Both the position numbers and the translations under genes were made by a program. 64,000 nucleotides of DNA from Dipteris shenzhenensis (taxonomy: Eukaryota), in the NCBI GenBank assembly GCA_047967505.1, contig CM106538.1; one strand, 5' to 3'. The notes under the pieces are model-generated. The model had not been told where the DNA came from. It did no database searches and was given only the letters and a program-made list of their open reading frames with translations. Shown here one piece after another: positions 12,834 to 25,707 of the stretch (position 1 is the stretch's first letter; each line of letters starts with the position of its first letter).

Positions 12834-15800
12834 CTACCTTCTCGGCCCAATGCTAAGTCTCTCAAGATGACCCTGAAGCTGATCCTTCCCGAGTGCCTTG
12901 GTGAAGATATCTACTCCATTTTGCTTTGTTGTATAGTACACCAATTCCACTATCTCGTCCTCGATCAACAAATCACACACATAGTGATACTGAATCTCTA
13001 TATGTTTTTTGCACACATGAAACACTGGATTTTTAGCAATGGCCATGCAACTTTTATTGTTGCACCTCAACATAGTTGCCTCATGCTCTTGCACTCCCAT
13101 GTGCCATAAGATCCTCCTTAGCCACACTGCTTCAGATGCAGCAAAACATGGTGCCTTGTACTCAGCCTCGGTAGAAGACAATGCCACTGTTGGTTGTTTC
13201 TTATTGATCCAAGAGAAGATACCTGAACCTAAAGAGAAATAATATCTAGAAATTGATTTCTTGGAATGAACATCTCCATCCCAATCTGAGTCATAATGAC
13301 CAGCCAAGGAAGTGCTCGTACCATAGGTGATGCCATAATCAAGAGTGCTCTTCACATACCTGAGCACCGCATCCTTACATTCCAATGATTCTCTCGGGGC
13401 TTATTGGAGAACCTGCTCAAAATGCCAACAGCAAAATTGATGTCCAGTCTGGTGTTGCACAGATAGATGAAACTGCTGACCAACTTCCTATACCTCTCGA
13501 TGTCTCTTGGTGGTGAGGCATCCTCCATAGACAGCCTTGCATTTACCTCCATAGGTGTAGCTATCTCCTTGCACTCAGACATACCAAATGCCTTCAAGAT
13601 CTCCCTTGCATATTTCTACTGAGAAATGAAGATCTTGCTTGGCTCTTGCCAAACTTCAATCCCCAAACAATACTGCATCAAGCCTAAGTTTGTCATCTCC
13701 AACTCTATGCTCAACGCCTTTCTAGTCTACTGGATCATGTCTTCATAGTCACCTATAATAAGGAGATCATCCACATAAAGAACAATAATAGCAGATTTTC
13801 CACCTTTCTTGTACACATACAAGTTAGCATGTGAGGCACATCTTTTGAAGCTTAATTTATGAAAGAATTTATCTATCCATTGGTACCATGCTCTTCGGCT
13901 GTTTCAGCTTCTGTATAGAGCCTTCTTCAGCTTACATACATTGTTCTCAGAATGGGGGGCCTCAAACCTAGGTGGTTGAGCCATGTATGCAACCAATCTG
14001 ACTTTGTGGCCTTGTACTTTACCTTCCAAACCCACTTGGTGCCAATAACCTTTCTGTTAGGTGGTCGATCTACTAGCTCCCAAGTTTCATTCTTCATGAT
14101 GCTATCATATTCTACTTGCATAGCATTTTTCCAATCTCGGTTTGCAAGTGCTTCCTCCAAACTCGCATGCTCCTTTACTTCTGCAATAATCTCAGCCATC
14201 AAGGCCATATTGGCTATGTGAGCAGAAGCCCTCCTTTGCTCCTCGATTCTCTGAGACCACCTTGGTCCATATGCATGCTCCTCAACAGACATAGGCATTT
14301 GGTTATCATGGTCATAGAGCTACCTTACCCATCACAGCAATGGCTTTTCCGGGTGTGTAACAATAGGTTGGTGTCTTATGCCTTCATCATTTGATATTTC
14401 CTCCTCCTTTATAGCTCTTGGTACAAGTCCATAGTGAATTACCTCTTCGCTTGATGATAAAGTGGAAGAGCTCTTCTCTGACTCCACTGCATGTGGGTGC
14501 TCCTCAACACCACATCGCGCCTCGCTATGATCTTCTTTGCCTCTTGGTCATACAACTTATAGGCTTTCTTCTCATCACAATAGCCTAAGAAGATACATTT
14601 GGTGCTTTTTGGTTGTAGCTTGTTTCTCTCTTTGTCTTGTACATGCGCATAGCATTCACACCCAAATGTTCTGAAGTGGGAGACAGATGGCTTCTTACCG
14701 CTGTAAGCCTCATGTGGTGTTTTACCTTTGAGTGCCTTTGTATAGCTACAATTAAGGATGTAAACCATAGTATTGAGAGCCTCAACCCAAAAGTGGTTTG
14801 GCAGTCCACCACCTTTCAACATACACCTCCCCATCTCCATGGTGGTTTGCATTCGGTGTTCAACAACTAAATTTTGCTGAGGCGTATGTGCTGTCATCGT
14901 TTGTCACTTGATCCCTTTGCTCTTGCAAAAATCTCCAAACTCTGTAGAAACAAACTCACCACCACCATCTGATCTGATTTTCTTCACTTTTCTCCCTGTT
15001 TCATTTTCAACAAGCTATAGCCATTCTTTAAATTTACCAAAAGCTTGAGCCTTTTTGCGAAGAAAGTACACCCACATCTTCCTACTATAGTCGTCGACAA
15101 TCAATAAAAAATAAGAAGATCCTCGCAAGGCCTGTGTACGCATCTTATCGCACAAGTCAACATGCACCAACTCTAGAGGAGCGTTTGCTCGATTCTTGCT
15201 TTCTCGTGGGAATGCCTTTCTCTGTTGCTTGCCATCATGCAAGCTTCACATGGTTCTTTGATTTTTGCGACTACAGGTAAGTGAGGAGCCATACCTTGCT
15301 TCTACATCTCCTTCAGCACTGCAAATCTGATGTGGCCGAATCTTTCATGCCAAAGTCTGCTAGTGCCCACTCTAGCAGTGGCTATAACAGCACCTAGCTC
15401 ATACATGTTGTTCCTCCTTACTCCTGTGCCAACAAGATTTCCTGCACTATCCATAATTTTTGCTTCTATCTTGTTGAACCTCACCTCATGGTCAAGGTTA
15501 GTCATGGAAGCGATTGATAGCAAATTTCTCTTGATTTGTGGAACATACAGCACATTAGATAGTTTCTTAACATCTCCATTTACAGAACCTCAATAGGGCA
15601 TTTTGCATTATTACCAACCATCACGGTGATGGGTTCCTATAGAGGCTACATGGAACAATATAGACCCTTCTTGTAGGTCATGTGACGGGAGGCACCACTA
15701 TCCAACACCCATGAATCAGTGGTTGAAGCTTCTTGAACTGAGAAACACTCTTCCTCAATGGCCAGAAATAGATCCAACTCTGCTTTTGCTATGTTAGCTA

Positions 15801-16711
15801 TCTCTTTCCCCTTATCTGTCTTCTTTAGGATACCATTCCTTTCATCTGCTTTCTTGACCTAGCAATCTGCAATCATATGGCCCTTCTTCTTGCAGTAGAA
15901 GCATTCTCCCTGAAACTTCTTCTTGCTGCCCTGCTTCTTTTTGTCACCACTAGTAGAGGACTCACCTTTGGTGGAGGAACTACCTTTTCCTTTCATAGTG
16001 GTAGAGAATATAGCATCCGGATTGCTGCCTCCATCTCGAGCTTTAAGCCTCAATTCCTCCTCCATAAGTAAAGCACAAAACTCCTCAAATGACAATGGTT
16101 GGGGTCTCACCTGAGTATTAAGTGCTGTTACCCATCCATCAAACCTTGGTGGCAATATCCGAAGACACCACCGAGCTAGCTCTTCGCTAGTCTTTTGTAT
16201 CCCAGCACTAGCCATCTGGTCACACAAATTTTTGATTCAGGTTATGAACGCCTCCGCTGTCTCTCCTTCATTAAACTTCTCAGCTGCGAGCTGATTCTCT
16301 AGGTTCTGGATCCTTGTTTGATTTCACATCTCATACTGACTCTTCAATATGTTCCAGGCCACAGTTGCCTTAGATGTATGCTAAATCAAGGTCAAAACAC
16401 TATCGATGAGGGCACACAGAGCATCTGCATTTCCAAGCTCATAGAAGGTCGGCATTAGGAGGTATCATACTCCCTAGATTTGCTGGGTCAGGGGTTCCTT
16501 GTGGTTCTGGGTCAGTCCCTAGTAATGTCTCCAGAAGCTCATATGAATCCAAAAAAGCAGTAATTTTAAACTTCCACAGAGTGTAGTTCGTACCATCTAG
16601 CTTGCCTTCAGTGAAGGCTAGTGGGCGAATCCTCAATGCCTGGATTGTTGGTGTAGTAGCAGCTACTGAACTCAAGCTGCTTCTTGTTGAGCCGCTTCCT
16701 ATTGCCATCAT
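12834..16711 (-). pseudogene. copia gag-pol pseudogene with many stops and frameshifts and an internal RT deletion
   Basis: KLDGTNYTLWKFK, CFYCKKKGHMIADC, WVLDSGASRHM, LWHERFGH, LELVHVDLC, KKQPTVALSSTEAEY, KHIEIQYHYV. Confidence 0.95.
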
Positions 16712-16782
16712 TCCGTATGCTGTTGAAGCCCTCGCCTCTCTTCTATTCTTTGATCCTTAGAGCTGCTTGGGCTTTGATACCA

Positions 16783-17335
16783 TGTTAAATTACATGGCGC
16801 AGCAGAATAGAAACTGAATAAAGAATAGAGAGGAACAAACTTTTCCTTCAATACTGATGTAGTACAGATGATGGCTTCGTCCACCTGTGCGCTCCCACAG
16901 TGGAGCTTAAATGGCGATCTAGACAGATACTAGGTGAAGAGCTACTAGCTGGAAGATTTGATCTGATCTGAACTAATCTAATACAATGGACTAGGGAGGT
17001 CACCTCTTTATAGCTATGAGGGCGGTAGTCGGATCAACATAGTCGGTGGAGTTGACTAATCGACCTAGTTGGTGGAGCCAACCAGTCAACCTAGTCGGTG
17101 GAACCGACTAGTTGTCCGTGGAATATTCAGGGAATATTCAAGCCCCAGCAAGAATAAGAGGCTCCCACACAATCACCTTTCTACCATCAACAGTCTCATT
17201 GATAGACCTCATCTGACATGCCCATCCAGTGTCTCGGGATCACACATGGCTTCTCCTCATATGGGGGCCTTACAACTTCAGCACCTTGGAACACTGGTGG
17301 TTACCAGGAGGGTGGAGCATTGAGCATATCTAACG
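16783..17335 (-). repeat. 5' LTR of the 12224-17335 element
   Basis: TGTTAAATTACATGGC...GCATATCTAACG, adjacent to the PBS. Confidence 0.93.
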
Positions 17336-17925
17336 GGAACAATACTTGGCTATTTGGAGGACCTTGGAGAGAAGTTAGAGCAACTATAGAGTTTGGAACA
17401 TTGCCAACAAGTGTTAAGATGACATGTGGCATCATCTGAGCATCATCTAGAGGTGTTTCAGCAACTGCATGGATTCCCTAGTGCAGAATGGATCTTCAAA
17501 TGCGAGCATGGCATGACTAGGATCTAACCAGGATAGGTGGGACCTTGTTGGGAAACAATATGGGGCCCTTTAGAGCATGCAAACATCCTACCATCTCCCT
17601 GGACTTGCTCTATCCCTGGATCACCCAATATAACTCCCTACCATGCTCTAAAAGCACCCAACTACTTCCCAAATAGGCACCATCTATCTTGGTTAGATCC
17701 TGTTCACGTCGTGCTATCATTCGATGATCCATCTACCCTAGGGAGTCCATGCAAATAGGCAAATGTATCCCGAGTCTATCCTAGTATAGAAGTTGTCTGC
17801 ACAGTTCCTGAAACACCTCTAGATACTACCACATATCATCGCGACACCTGCTGGTAGGGTTCCATTCTCTGTGGTTGCTTTGACTCTTCTCTAAGGTCTT
17901 CCAAATAGCTAGGTATTTTCCCTAG
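17336..17925 (+). repeat. Long imperfect inverted repeat (fold-back); arms about 17336-17579 and 17642-17925
   Basis: Examples: GCTATTTGGA / TCCAAATAGC; TCTAGAGGTGTTTCAG / CTGAAACACCTCTAGA; AGGATCTAACCA / TGGTTAGATCCT; TTTAGAGCATG / CATGCTCTAAA. Confidence 0.9.
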
Positions 17926-18883
17926 TTGTGCTGCCAATATGGCAACCTATGTGCTGCCCATGTGGTAGCCCTATCCTTTGCCTTTTCTATTTGAGTATGT
18001 TTCCCACATGGCAGCCGATGTTCTCCCATGTGGCATCCCAGCAAGCTTAAGTGCACCTCAACCAAGACGGATAGTTGGGGAGCAAACTAAATGGTTGGAA
18101 GCTCCTGGTCCGCCGCCATAATAGACTAGAAGTTGGTTTGCTTTGGGGGGTCCATTCGGGGCTCATAGTTCATCCAGGGGAGCAACCCTTCAGGAGCAGT
18201 TCGAAGAAGCAGAGTAGTAGGTCTTGGGCCATCATCTAGGATGACTAGAGGAGGCTGATTGCTATAGACATAGCTTAGAGGAAGGCTTCACCCTTGGCTA
18301 TCTTCTAGGGTAGCAAGATGCACAGGTCAAAGGGACAAGCACTCCCTTGTGTTCCGGTTGAGCAAGAGGGGCATTGTGAAGGTGTATTTGTGGGCATGAT
18401 AATAAGGCCAACCCGAGCTCTACAGGAGCATGGAGGCTGAGTGTTTAAAAAGTGCCATAGAGGTACGATAACAACATATTTTGTGTATATAGAGGACCAC
18501 ATTTTGGTGGGACTCTAGACTTGTTTTTATATTGTGTCCATCTCTTAGATGGAAATATATGGTCTATTGGTTCTACATCTCTCTCATGAGCATTGTCTAT
18601 TTACTTTCTTGCACATGTATTATTGAGCACACTAAGTAAAGAAAATTTGGATTCCACATAAGCACCACTATGTGAGTTCTTGGGCTACACTATATCTATC
18701 TTCTGCATTGTGTATACCTCTGTTGTGGATTTCACACAATCAAGCTCTCAAACATCTATTTCTTTATTTAATATACACTCTCGAGCTATCACATGTCATC
18801 CTTCTCTTAGTCCAGTCTGGATCAGGTGGCATGATGCTGAATGGGGATGAGGCATTGACACATGTAAGTCAACATTTGAATAG

Positions 18884-19601
18884 GTTTATTAGCTTGCATT
18901 TAGCTCAGTATACAAAGTGATAAGCAAATTTTCTCTCTTAATTGCTAAAGAGCTCAGTACATATATGTTTCACATTTGGTCATTGAAGGTATATGACTTT
19001 GTGGTCATTTGGCCGAACTTAGTTTTTAGATAAATATCAACTTGTTCTTAATTCTAGAAGAGGCTCATTGTCAAAGCATCATCTGCTATCTCGACTTCAT
19101 TACTTGGGGTTAACACTCATTTGAACACACACTTAGTTACTTAGTATGTTGAGCATAGTATTTGAACACACACAATCTTTCAAAACAGATGACCCCAACT
19201 TATAGCAAACGAGTATGAACAAATATGGACAAAACAATTGATGTTTATTAGCTTGCATTTAGCTCGGTATACAAAGTGATAAGCAGATTTTATCTCTTAA
19301 TTGCTAAAGAGCTCAGTACATATATGTTTCACATTTGGTCATTGAAGGTATACGACTTTGTGGTCATTTGGCCGAACTTAGTTTTTAGATAAATATCAAC
19401 TTGTTCTTAATTGTAGAAGAGGCTCATTGTCAAAGCATCATCTGCTATCTTGACTTCATTATTTGGGGGTAACACTCATTTGAACACACACTTAGTTACT
19501 TAGTATGTTGAGCATAGCATTTGAACACACACAATCTTTTAAAACAGATGACCCCAACTTATAGCAAACAAGTATGAACAAATATGGACAAAACAATTGA
19601 T
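18884..19601. repeat. Near-identical tandem duplication, period 359 bp
   Basis: GTTTATTAGCTTGCATTTAGCTC... starts at 18884 and at 19243. Confidence 0.95.
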
Positions 19602-19699
19602 TAGTTGTAGAGTTGGGCTAGAACACACCCAATTCATTCACCTATAGAGTTCTTAGCACACCCAATTCATTCACCTATGCCACTTCTTTTCCATTTACA

Positions 19700-20165
19700 A
19701 CACAAGAGATGGTACCTTTATATCACTTTATTTTCATTTAAAATCTCATAAATGACACTTTGATGCCATTTATGACATAAGATAAGAGAACCGTGTTTTC
19801 ATTGATTGACATTTAAAACATAATGGCAATTATATGTCATTTTTTCCTTAAAAATATTAACTTTATGTCACTTTTGTCATTTCAAACATGATAAATGGTA
19901 GCTTTGTTTCATATCTTTCATATTTAATCTCAAATTTGGTCCCATTTCATACATAGAAAATGGCAAAAATATATGGCACTTTTAGTTGCCATTTCATACA
20001 CAAAAATGACAAAAATATATGGCACTTTTAGTTGCCACTTCATCCAGCACTTTTGGTTGCCATTTCAAAAAATGGCACATGTGGAAACGGCGGCATGAAA
20101 GTGCCATTTAATAATGTAGAAATGGGACTTTTAGGCTACCATTTATACTTGGTTTTGTAGTAGTG
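19700..20165. mobile_element. Orphan CACTA terminus with subterminal repeats
   Basis: Ends in TTGGTTTTGTAGTAGTG (reverse complement CACTACTACAAAACCAA); dense (A)AATGGCACTTT / TGCCATTT motifs in both orientations; partner end not found. Confidence 0.7.
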
Positions 20166-21002
20166 TTACTTATCATGTTGTACATTTGATTATAGTGGCT
20201 GTATTTCTCATGCTGAAATTCCAATCATTGGTTGTACGTGTTTGTCTTCTATGTTGGCTGAGATTCTCATGCTATTCATTTGGTTATAGTGGCTGAAATT
20301 CTTGTGCTAGTTATGCCATGGAAATAGAGAGCTATGGAGCCTTTGGTATTTTGTAGTCTATGTCTACCAAGTGTTCAGGTGGATTATCTCCATAGCTCAC
20401 ACATGTAAGTGGCATGTTAGGATTGTTGTTGAAATTTCCTACGGTTGACATTCAGATGCCTGGGCTAAATTTGCTAAATTTATGATTGCTGAAATAGTCT
20501 TGAGGTAGGTACGGAGTTGAGGAGCTATAGGTGGTTTTGTTAGTATTTTCCATGTTGAATTATAGATGTATCACAACAACACAAAGCAACTATAGACGCG
20601 CTTGGTACACACGCAAAATAGCGGGCGTGTCTATAGGCATTGCTTTAGTAGAGAAATTACGGGCGCGTCTACATGCGCATTTAAAAGCTCGTCTATTTGC
20701 GCGTAAATCACCGCGTTTGACCTGAGAAAATACGGGCCCGTCTAATATCCCGTTTATTAGCGCGTCTATTTGCACGTGTATTAGGGCATTTATTTGCGCG
20801 TTTACACTGAGAATTAGACGCGTAAATAGACGTGCTCCAGAGAATACAGAAAGTGAGATTTTGGTGTACATCATTGCTTTCCAAACATTGCCCATGATTA
20901 CCAAAGCACATAATTTTTTACAAGCCCACATATACAAGAATTAAGTGAGATGAGGAGAATGAGACAATATGTAAAATAGTTTTGCCAATATCAATTGTGG
21001 GG

Positions 21003-24000
21003 CTACGGTTCAATCTCATCCTCAATGAGATCAACCCTTGCCAAACTATCTACTTCAAAATCCAAACAAGTGTTTAGATCTACAAATACATTCAACCCAC
21101 TACTACTTGTGCCACTCATGTGCTCATCGAAATCAGCATCTCCAATGGTAGGCTCGTCCTCACGGGTAATGGCCTCAATATCTATATCTCCTATCTCATG
21201 TTCATCCTCCTCTCTTGTATCACGGTCATCATCACGTCCATGGCCATGATCATCCTCCATACGCTCCATATTAGTAAATGTACTATACATCACTTTGGAA
21301 CGTGGCATAATAGGTATGACATGCCACCATCTATTATTATCTACCATTGGTTGATAGACAACCTAATTCAAACACAAATACAATCATGTTACTTTTCTTG
21401 CATCAAATATTTAAAAGCGAGTATTTTTATGTGTGTGCACAATACCTGTTCACATTGTTGCGGTAGTACTAGTGTGTCCTTCCTACTTTGCCAAAACTTT
21501 GTGGAGTCAATAGTTACAAAGCCACTTGCATGGCGTTTGATTGTTGCATTAGGGCCTCTTTCCACCACGTCCTTAAACCACTTTACATCCAAAACATACA
21601 CAAAGAAGCGTCGAAAGTCAAGCATAATGATATCTTGGATTATGCCACAATAACCATCCATGGCTCCATTGGCTCCCTCAAAGCTAGCAATGACGCCGCA
21701 ATCTTGTGTGTTTCTCTTATCATCAATCCGTTGTGTTTGAAAATGCTTGCCCTCACACCATATAGCATTGAACATAGTGCACTACACCAAGAAAAAATTA
21801 ATTAAATAAGCAATCCAAATTATAAAAAGCTCCTAACTTATGCATAACATTCTATATACTGACCTTGCTCATGCATCCCCTAGCATACTCCCATTCTTCC
21901 ATTGTGATATGCATCCCCTCGTTTTTCTCTGCTTTCTCCATTTCATCAAGTAGCCAATCCACATGAATATCCTTTGGAAGTGCTCTTAGATGCTGAGGGT
22001 ATGGCACACGAGATCCGTGGTGTGTACAAAAGAGGGCCCTTTCTTCTTGTCTTCTTGCCTTTGCATCCTCGTATCTTGTCACCCATCTTTTCATCACATC
22101 ACTATAAAGCACGCAAAAGAGGTTGATACTATTATGCAACTCCATGTCTATTACTTTGTTGCATCCTTTTCCTTGAGGCACAATAGAGGTCATCCTTAGG
22201 TCTTCATCATCTCTCCATAGTCGTGGGAGAGAGCTATCCACATCAACAAGAAACTCAGAAATATATACAAGTGACTCTTGTACCAACCAACCCTCGGCCA
22301 TGCTACCTTCGGGTCTTGCATTTTGTCTCAAGAAGCCCTTCAAGGTCTTCATGAAGCGCTCGAGGAAGAACAACCATCGTGCATGTATAGTACCGCATAT
22401 AGCAATCTCATCCACCAAATGTACTATGAGATATAGTTGGCTTGTGAGAATAGAACGTGGAAATGTCTCCTCCACTAAACAAACCGCCTCCACTGACATA
22501 ACTCGAGCATTCTCAAGCGTGGTGGGATCTATTTTCTTTGAGATCACATACCTCACAAGCTCGCCCATCTTGTAAATACAATCTTTCATGTCCTTCGATG
22601 CACTACGTGAAATGCTAGTAGGTAGTATGAACTGAACCCGCGAGGAGGTGGTTGATTAGTTGCTTATAGCTATTCACTCACAAATTTGAAAGGAAAAAGA
22701 TATTATGCATATAAAATACTTACTTGGAGCATCTTGTGCCAATCATGAGATTTCAAGCCATATAATTGCTCTACACCTCTTTTCTTGCTCTTTGTAAAGG
22801 CTCCCTTCAAACACCTCATGCATCCAGTGGGAGTACGAATTGTAGTAATAGCGCGCTTCACCGTCGCCATCTCTAGCTTTGATAACATCCACGGTGCACG
22901 AGGTAAGAAAGCACACCCATTTGATCTCTCTTGAGGCCAAGCTTCATGCATCCTCCCTGTGGTACATAGATCCTCCCTTATGCCTGCCAAATCTCGTGTC
23001 CCATTCAAATGCTCCCAAATGGTAGATGCCACATTCTTGAAGATATGCATGGGATCAAGCAAGTGATTGATCTTGAGGTGGGATCAATATGGTAAACGAT
23101 AAAAGATGGAGTATCTAAACAAAATAAAGTGTTAGTGTGCAATCTTTACTTTCAACCAATATAGCCAATCTTTACTTCTAGTAGTTACAAACCCTTACCG
23201 GCTCATGCCAAGTAGTGGAGGAGTCGTGGAACCGTCCCAAATTCTCATCCAATCTCCCGTGGTGAGAGATTGTGGGAGGACTTCATTCCAAGGGGCAACA
23301 TATCTAGGATGATCAGGTGGGAGAAATCGATGGTGATTCTCATAGATGACCTTATTTAATGCATCTGCCCGTGAGGCAACTAGCGAAGGACCACAAATAG
23401 GACATGCATGGTAACCCGATGTAGTGAGACCTGAACAATAGATGCAATTAAGAGTGGAAGGTGGGTTTAGGGTGCCACGTCCTTTGCCTATTCATAATTA
23501 AAAAATGCAATGCTTACCTGAACACTCGCCATAGCCTGGGAATTCATGCATCGTCCACATCAAGACTGCTTTGCAGTTGAAGTCTCATGACGAGGGAGGC
23601 TTGCTCACATCATGCACCTCGATACCTCTCCAAAGTATCTCTAGCTCATCAATCAAAGGCTCCAAATAAACATCAGGGTTTTTGACTTTATGTTTCCCTA
23701 GAATTAGAAGGGACAGCATGACATGTCCTTTCTTAATAGCCATAGAGGGTGGAAGATTGTAATTCACCAATACCACTGGCCATACACTGTAAGACGTGCT
23801 TTTGAGACCAAATGGGTTCACACCGTCCATACCCAATCCAAGTCTCAAGCTCCTAGGTTCTTCCTTGAAGCTTGGCCATGTGTCTTCAATATGCTTCCAT
23901 GCAGGAGAGTCCGCGAGAGTTCTCCACTTGCCATCGGTTGATCGATGGGAGGAATGCCATGACATGAGCTCTGCAATAGATTTGCACTTGAACATATGTT

Positions 24001-24976
24001 GGATGCGAGGGATTATGGGAAAATGTCGCAATACCTTACAAGGCATGTCCAAGGTTTTGAGATCTTCTCTATATCTTGCCTCTCCACAAGTAGGACACTC
24101 TCTTGCATCCTTATGTAGTCCACGAAACAAAATGCAATCGTTGACACATGCATGGATGCGCTTGTAATCTAATCCTCCAAGAGAGGTCACATGTTGCCTT
24201 GCCATATCTCTTGAGGTCGGTAATTTATTCTCCCTTGGAAGCATTTTACACAATAGCCTGCACGTGAAGACCATAAATGAGGAAAAGCATTCGAGTAATT
24301 GACCCACTAGCATAATTCACCATGTTTGCAAAATCGACTTTAAAGCTTACTTGAGTAATGCATTCAAACTTGCATTGCTCCATCCATAGATGGTTTGCAA
24401 GTTTAGTAACTCAAGGGAGGCACGTAGAACAGAGAATGTGCACCCCTCAAACAGTGGAGTCGATGCTACGGTAAAAAGATCATCCTACTCCATGGTATTA
24501 TCCCTCCCTTGATGGACATATAAATCCCGCACCATATCATCAAACACCTCCTCCTCCATGGCTTCATGAGGTAATGGTGGAGGGCTACTATCACCATCAC
24601 TCCATGCATCTGTAACGGTCCCTCCTGAAGATCCCACCTCATATCACCGACGCTTCGCCTCCTCACGACGGGCATAGGGTAACATGTGCGGGTGTGGCAC
24701 TGCATCCTATATCAAATTAAAACGGGATCATAACTCAAACATATGAACACCCATAGGTATCTCAATCAACCTTAACTTACAAACCCTTACCCTGTTTACG
24801 GTCACATCCCATTCTCCATACTTTGAGATATGATTGAGTGTAATCCTGCATGCACGATACATGTTTTCTCGACATCGATCACATAGACATTTGATTTTTT
24901 GCTCCAACCACATTTCGCGATGGTGGATACGAAGGGATTCATCCTCACTGGAGCTACTTGTTGAAGATGGAGACAT
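21003..24976 (-). pseudogene. CACTA transposase (TnpD/Tnp2-like), 8 predicted exons, inactivated by nonsense changes
   Basis: Motifs IHACVNDCILF, CPTCGEARY, LRHFPIIPR, DSPAWKHI, LGLGMDGVNPF, YNLPP, DVYLEPLIDEL, LDPMHIFKNV, GLKSHDWH, HLVDE, FLERFMKTLK, PEGSMAEG. Predicted exons 24976-24791, 24706-24351, 24257-23518, 23430-23199, 23114-22724, 22631-21864, 21781-21446, 21362-21003, all with GT-AG introns of about 80-95 bp. In-frame TGA at about 23585 and about 23085. Confidence 0.93.
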
Positions 24977-25044
24977 CCTACAAACAAACAACCCACCAAA
25001 TTTGCTCTTCTTCAAATGTTTAATTTAAACTCTGTGTTGCATCT

Positions 25045-25630
25045 ATCGCTGCGTCTATGGTCGCGTCTAACATCGCGTCTAACGGCGCATCTACTCTGTG
25101 TATTTAGACGTGCCTATAGACACGCTAATAGATGTGACTATAGACGTGGCTTTTAAACCTACTTTTCGGCGTGCCGCTCGCTTTGCTTTTCTTTACATTA
25201 CTTAAACTTCACGCGCGGATTCCTTCCTTCTTTATTAGCAAATCCTTAGATTCGAAGCTTAAGAGAGAGCCTCCCATACTTACTTCCAAGCTTTCACTCA
25301 AGAGAAAGGGACCGTACCTACACTTACTTCTAAGCTTAAAGGAGAGGAGGATGAACAAGGAGAAGAAGCAAGTTTGGAAAAGAAAGAAGAACCTTTCATA
25401 CCTTTATCCAAGTAAGACTTTTTGAAGTTGATCTTGTTTGGAAGTTTGCTCTCTCTAGTTTTGTACTTTCTCGCGCGTCTGGCTTGTTGCAGACACACAG
25501 ACGCGTCTATAGATGCTCTGTTAGACGCTCTGTTAAACGCACTGTTAAACGCTCTGTTAAATGCTCTGTTAGATGCTTTGTTAGACGCGTCTATAGACAT
25601 GCAAATCAGATGGGTCTATAGATGCGCTCT
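25045..25630. promoter_or_regulatory. Putative bidirectional promoter flanked by two clusters of the element's subterminal motif (TAGACGCG / CGCGTCTA)
   Basis: Clusters at about 25045-25150 and 25470-25625 lie between the divergent start codons at 24976(-) and 25708(+). Promoter function is inferred. Confidence 0.55.
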
Positions 25631-25707
25631 GATAGTAAGCGTCTCTTTTCTTCCCCTTTCTTCTCAGCTCATCAATAATATATTTTTTTCCTTTTTTCCA
25701 GTTCAAC

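Larger units (their letters stand above)
12224..17335 (-). mobile_element. Full-length degraded Ty1/copia LTR retrotransposon
   Basis: Two LTRs (12224-12805, 16783-17335); 5-bp TSD GGAAC (12219-12223, 17336-17340); PBS GCTTTGATACCA (16771-16782, tRNA-iMet type); PPT CCCCCCTCAA after 12805; gag-PR-IN-RT-RH order. Confidence 0.96.
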
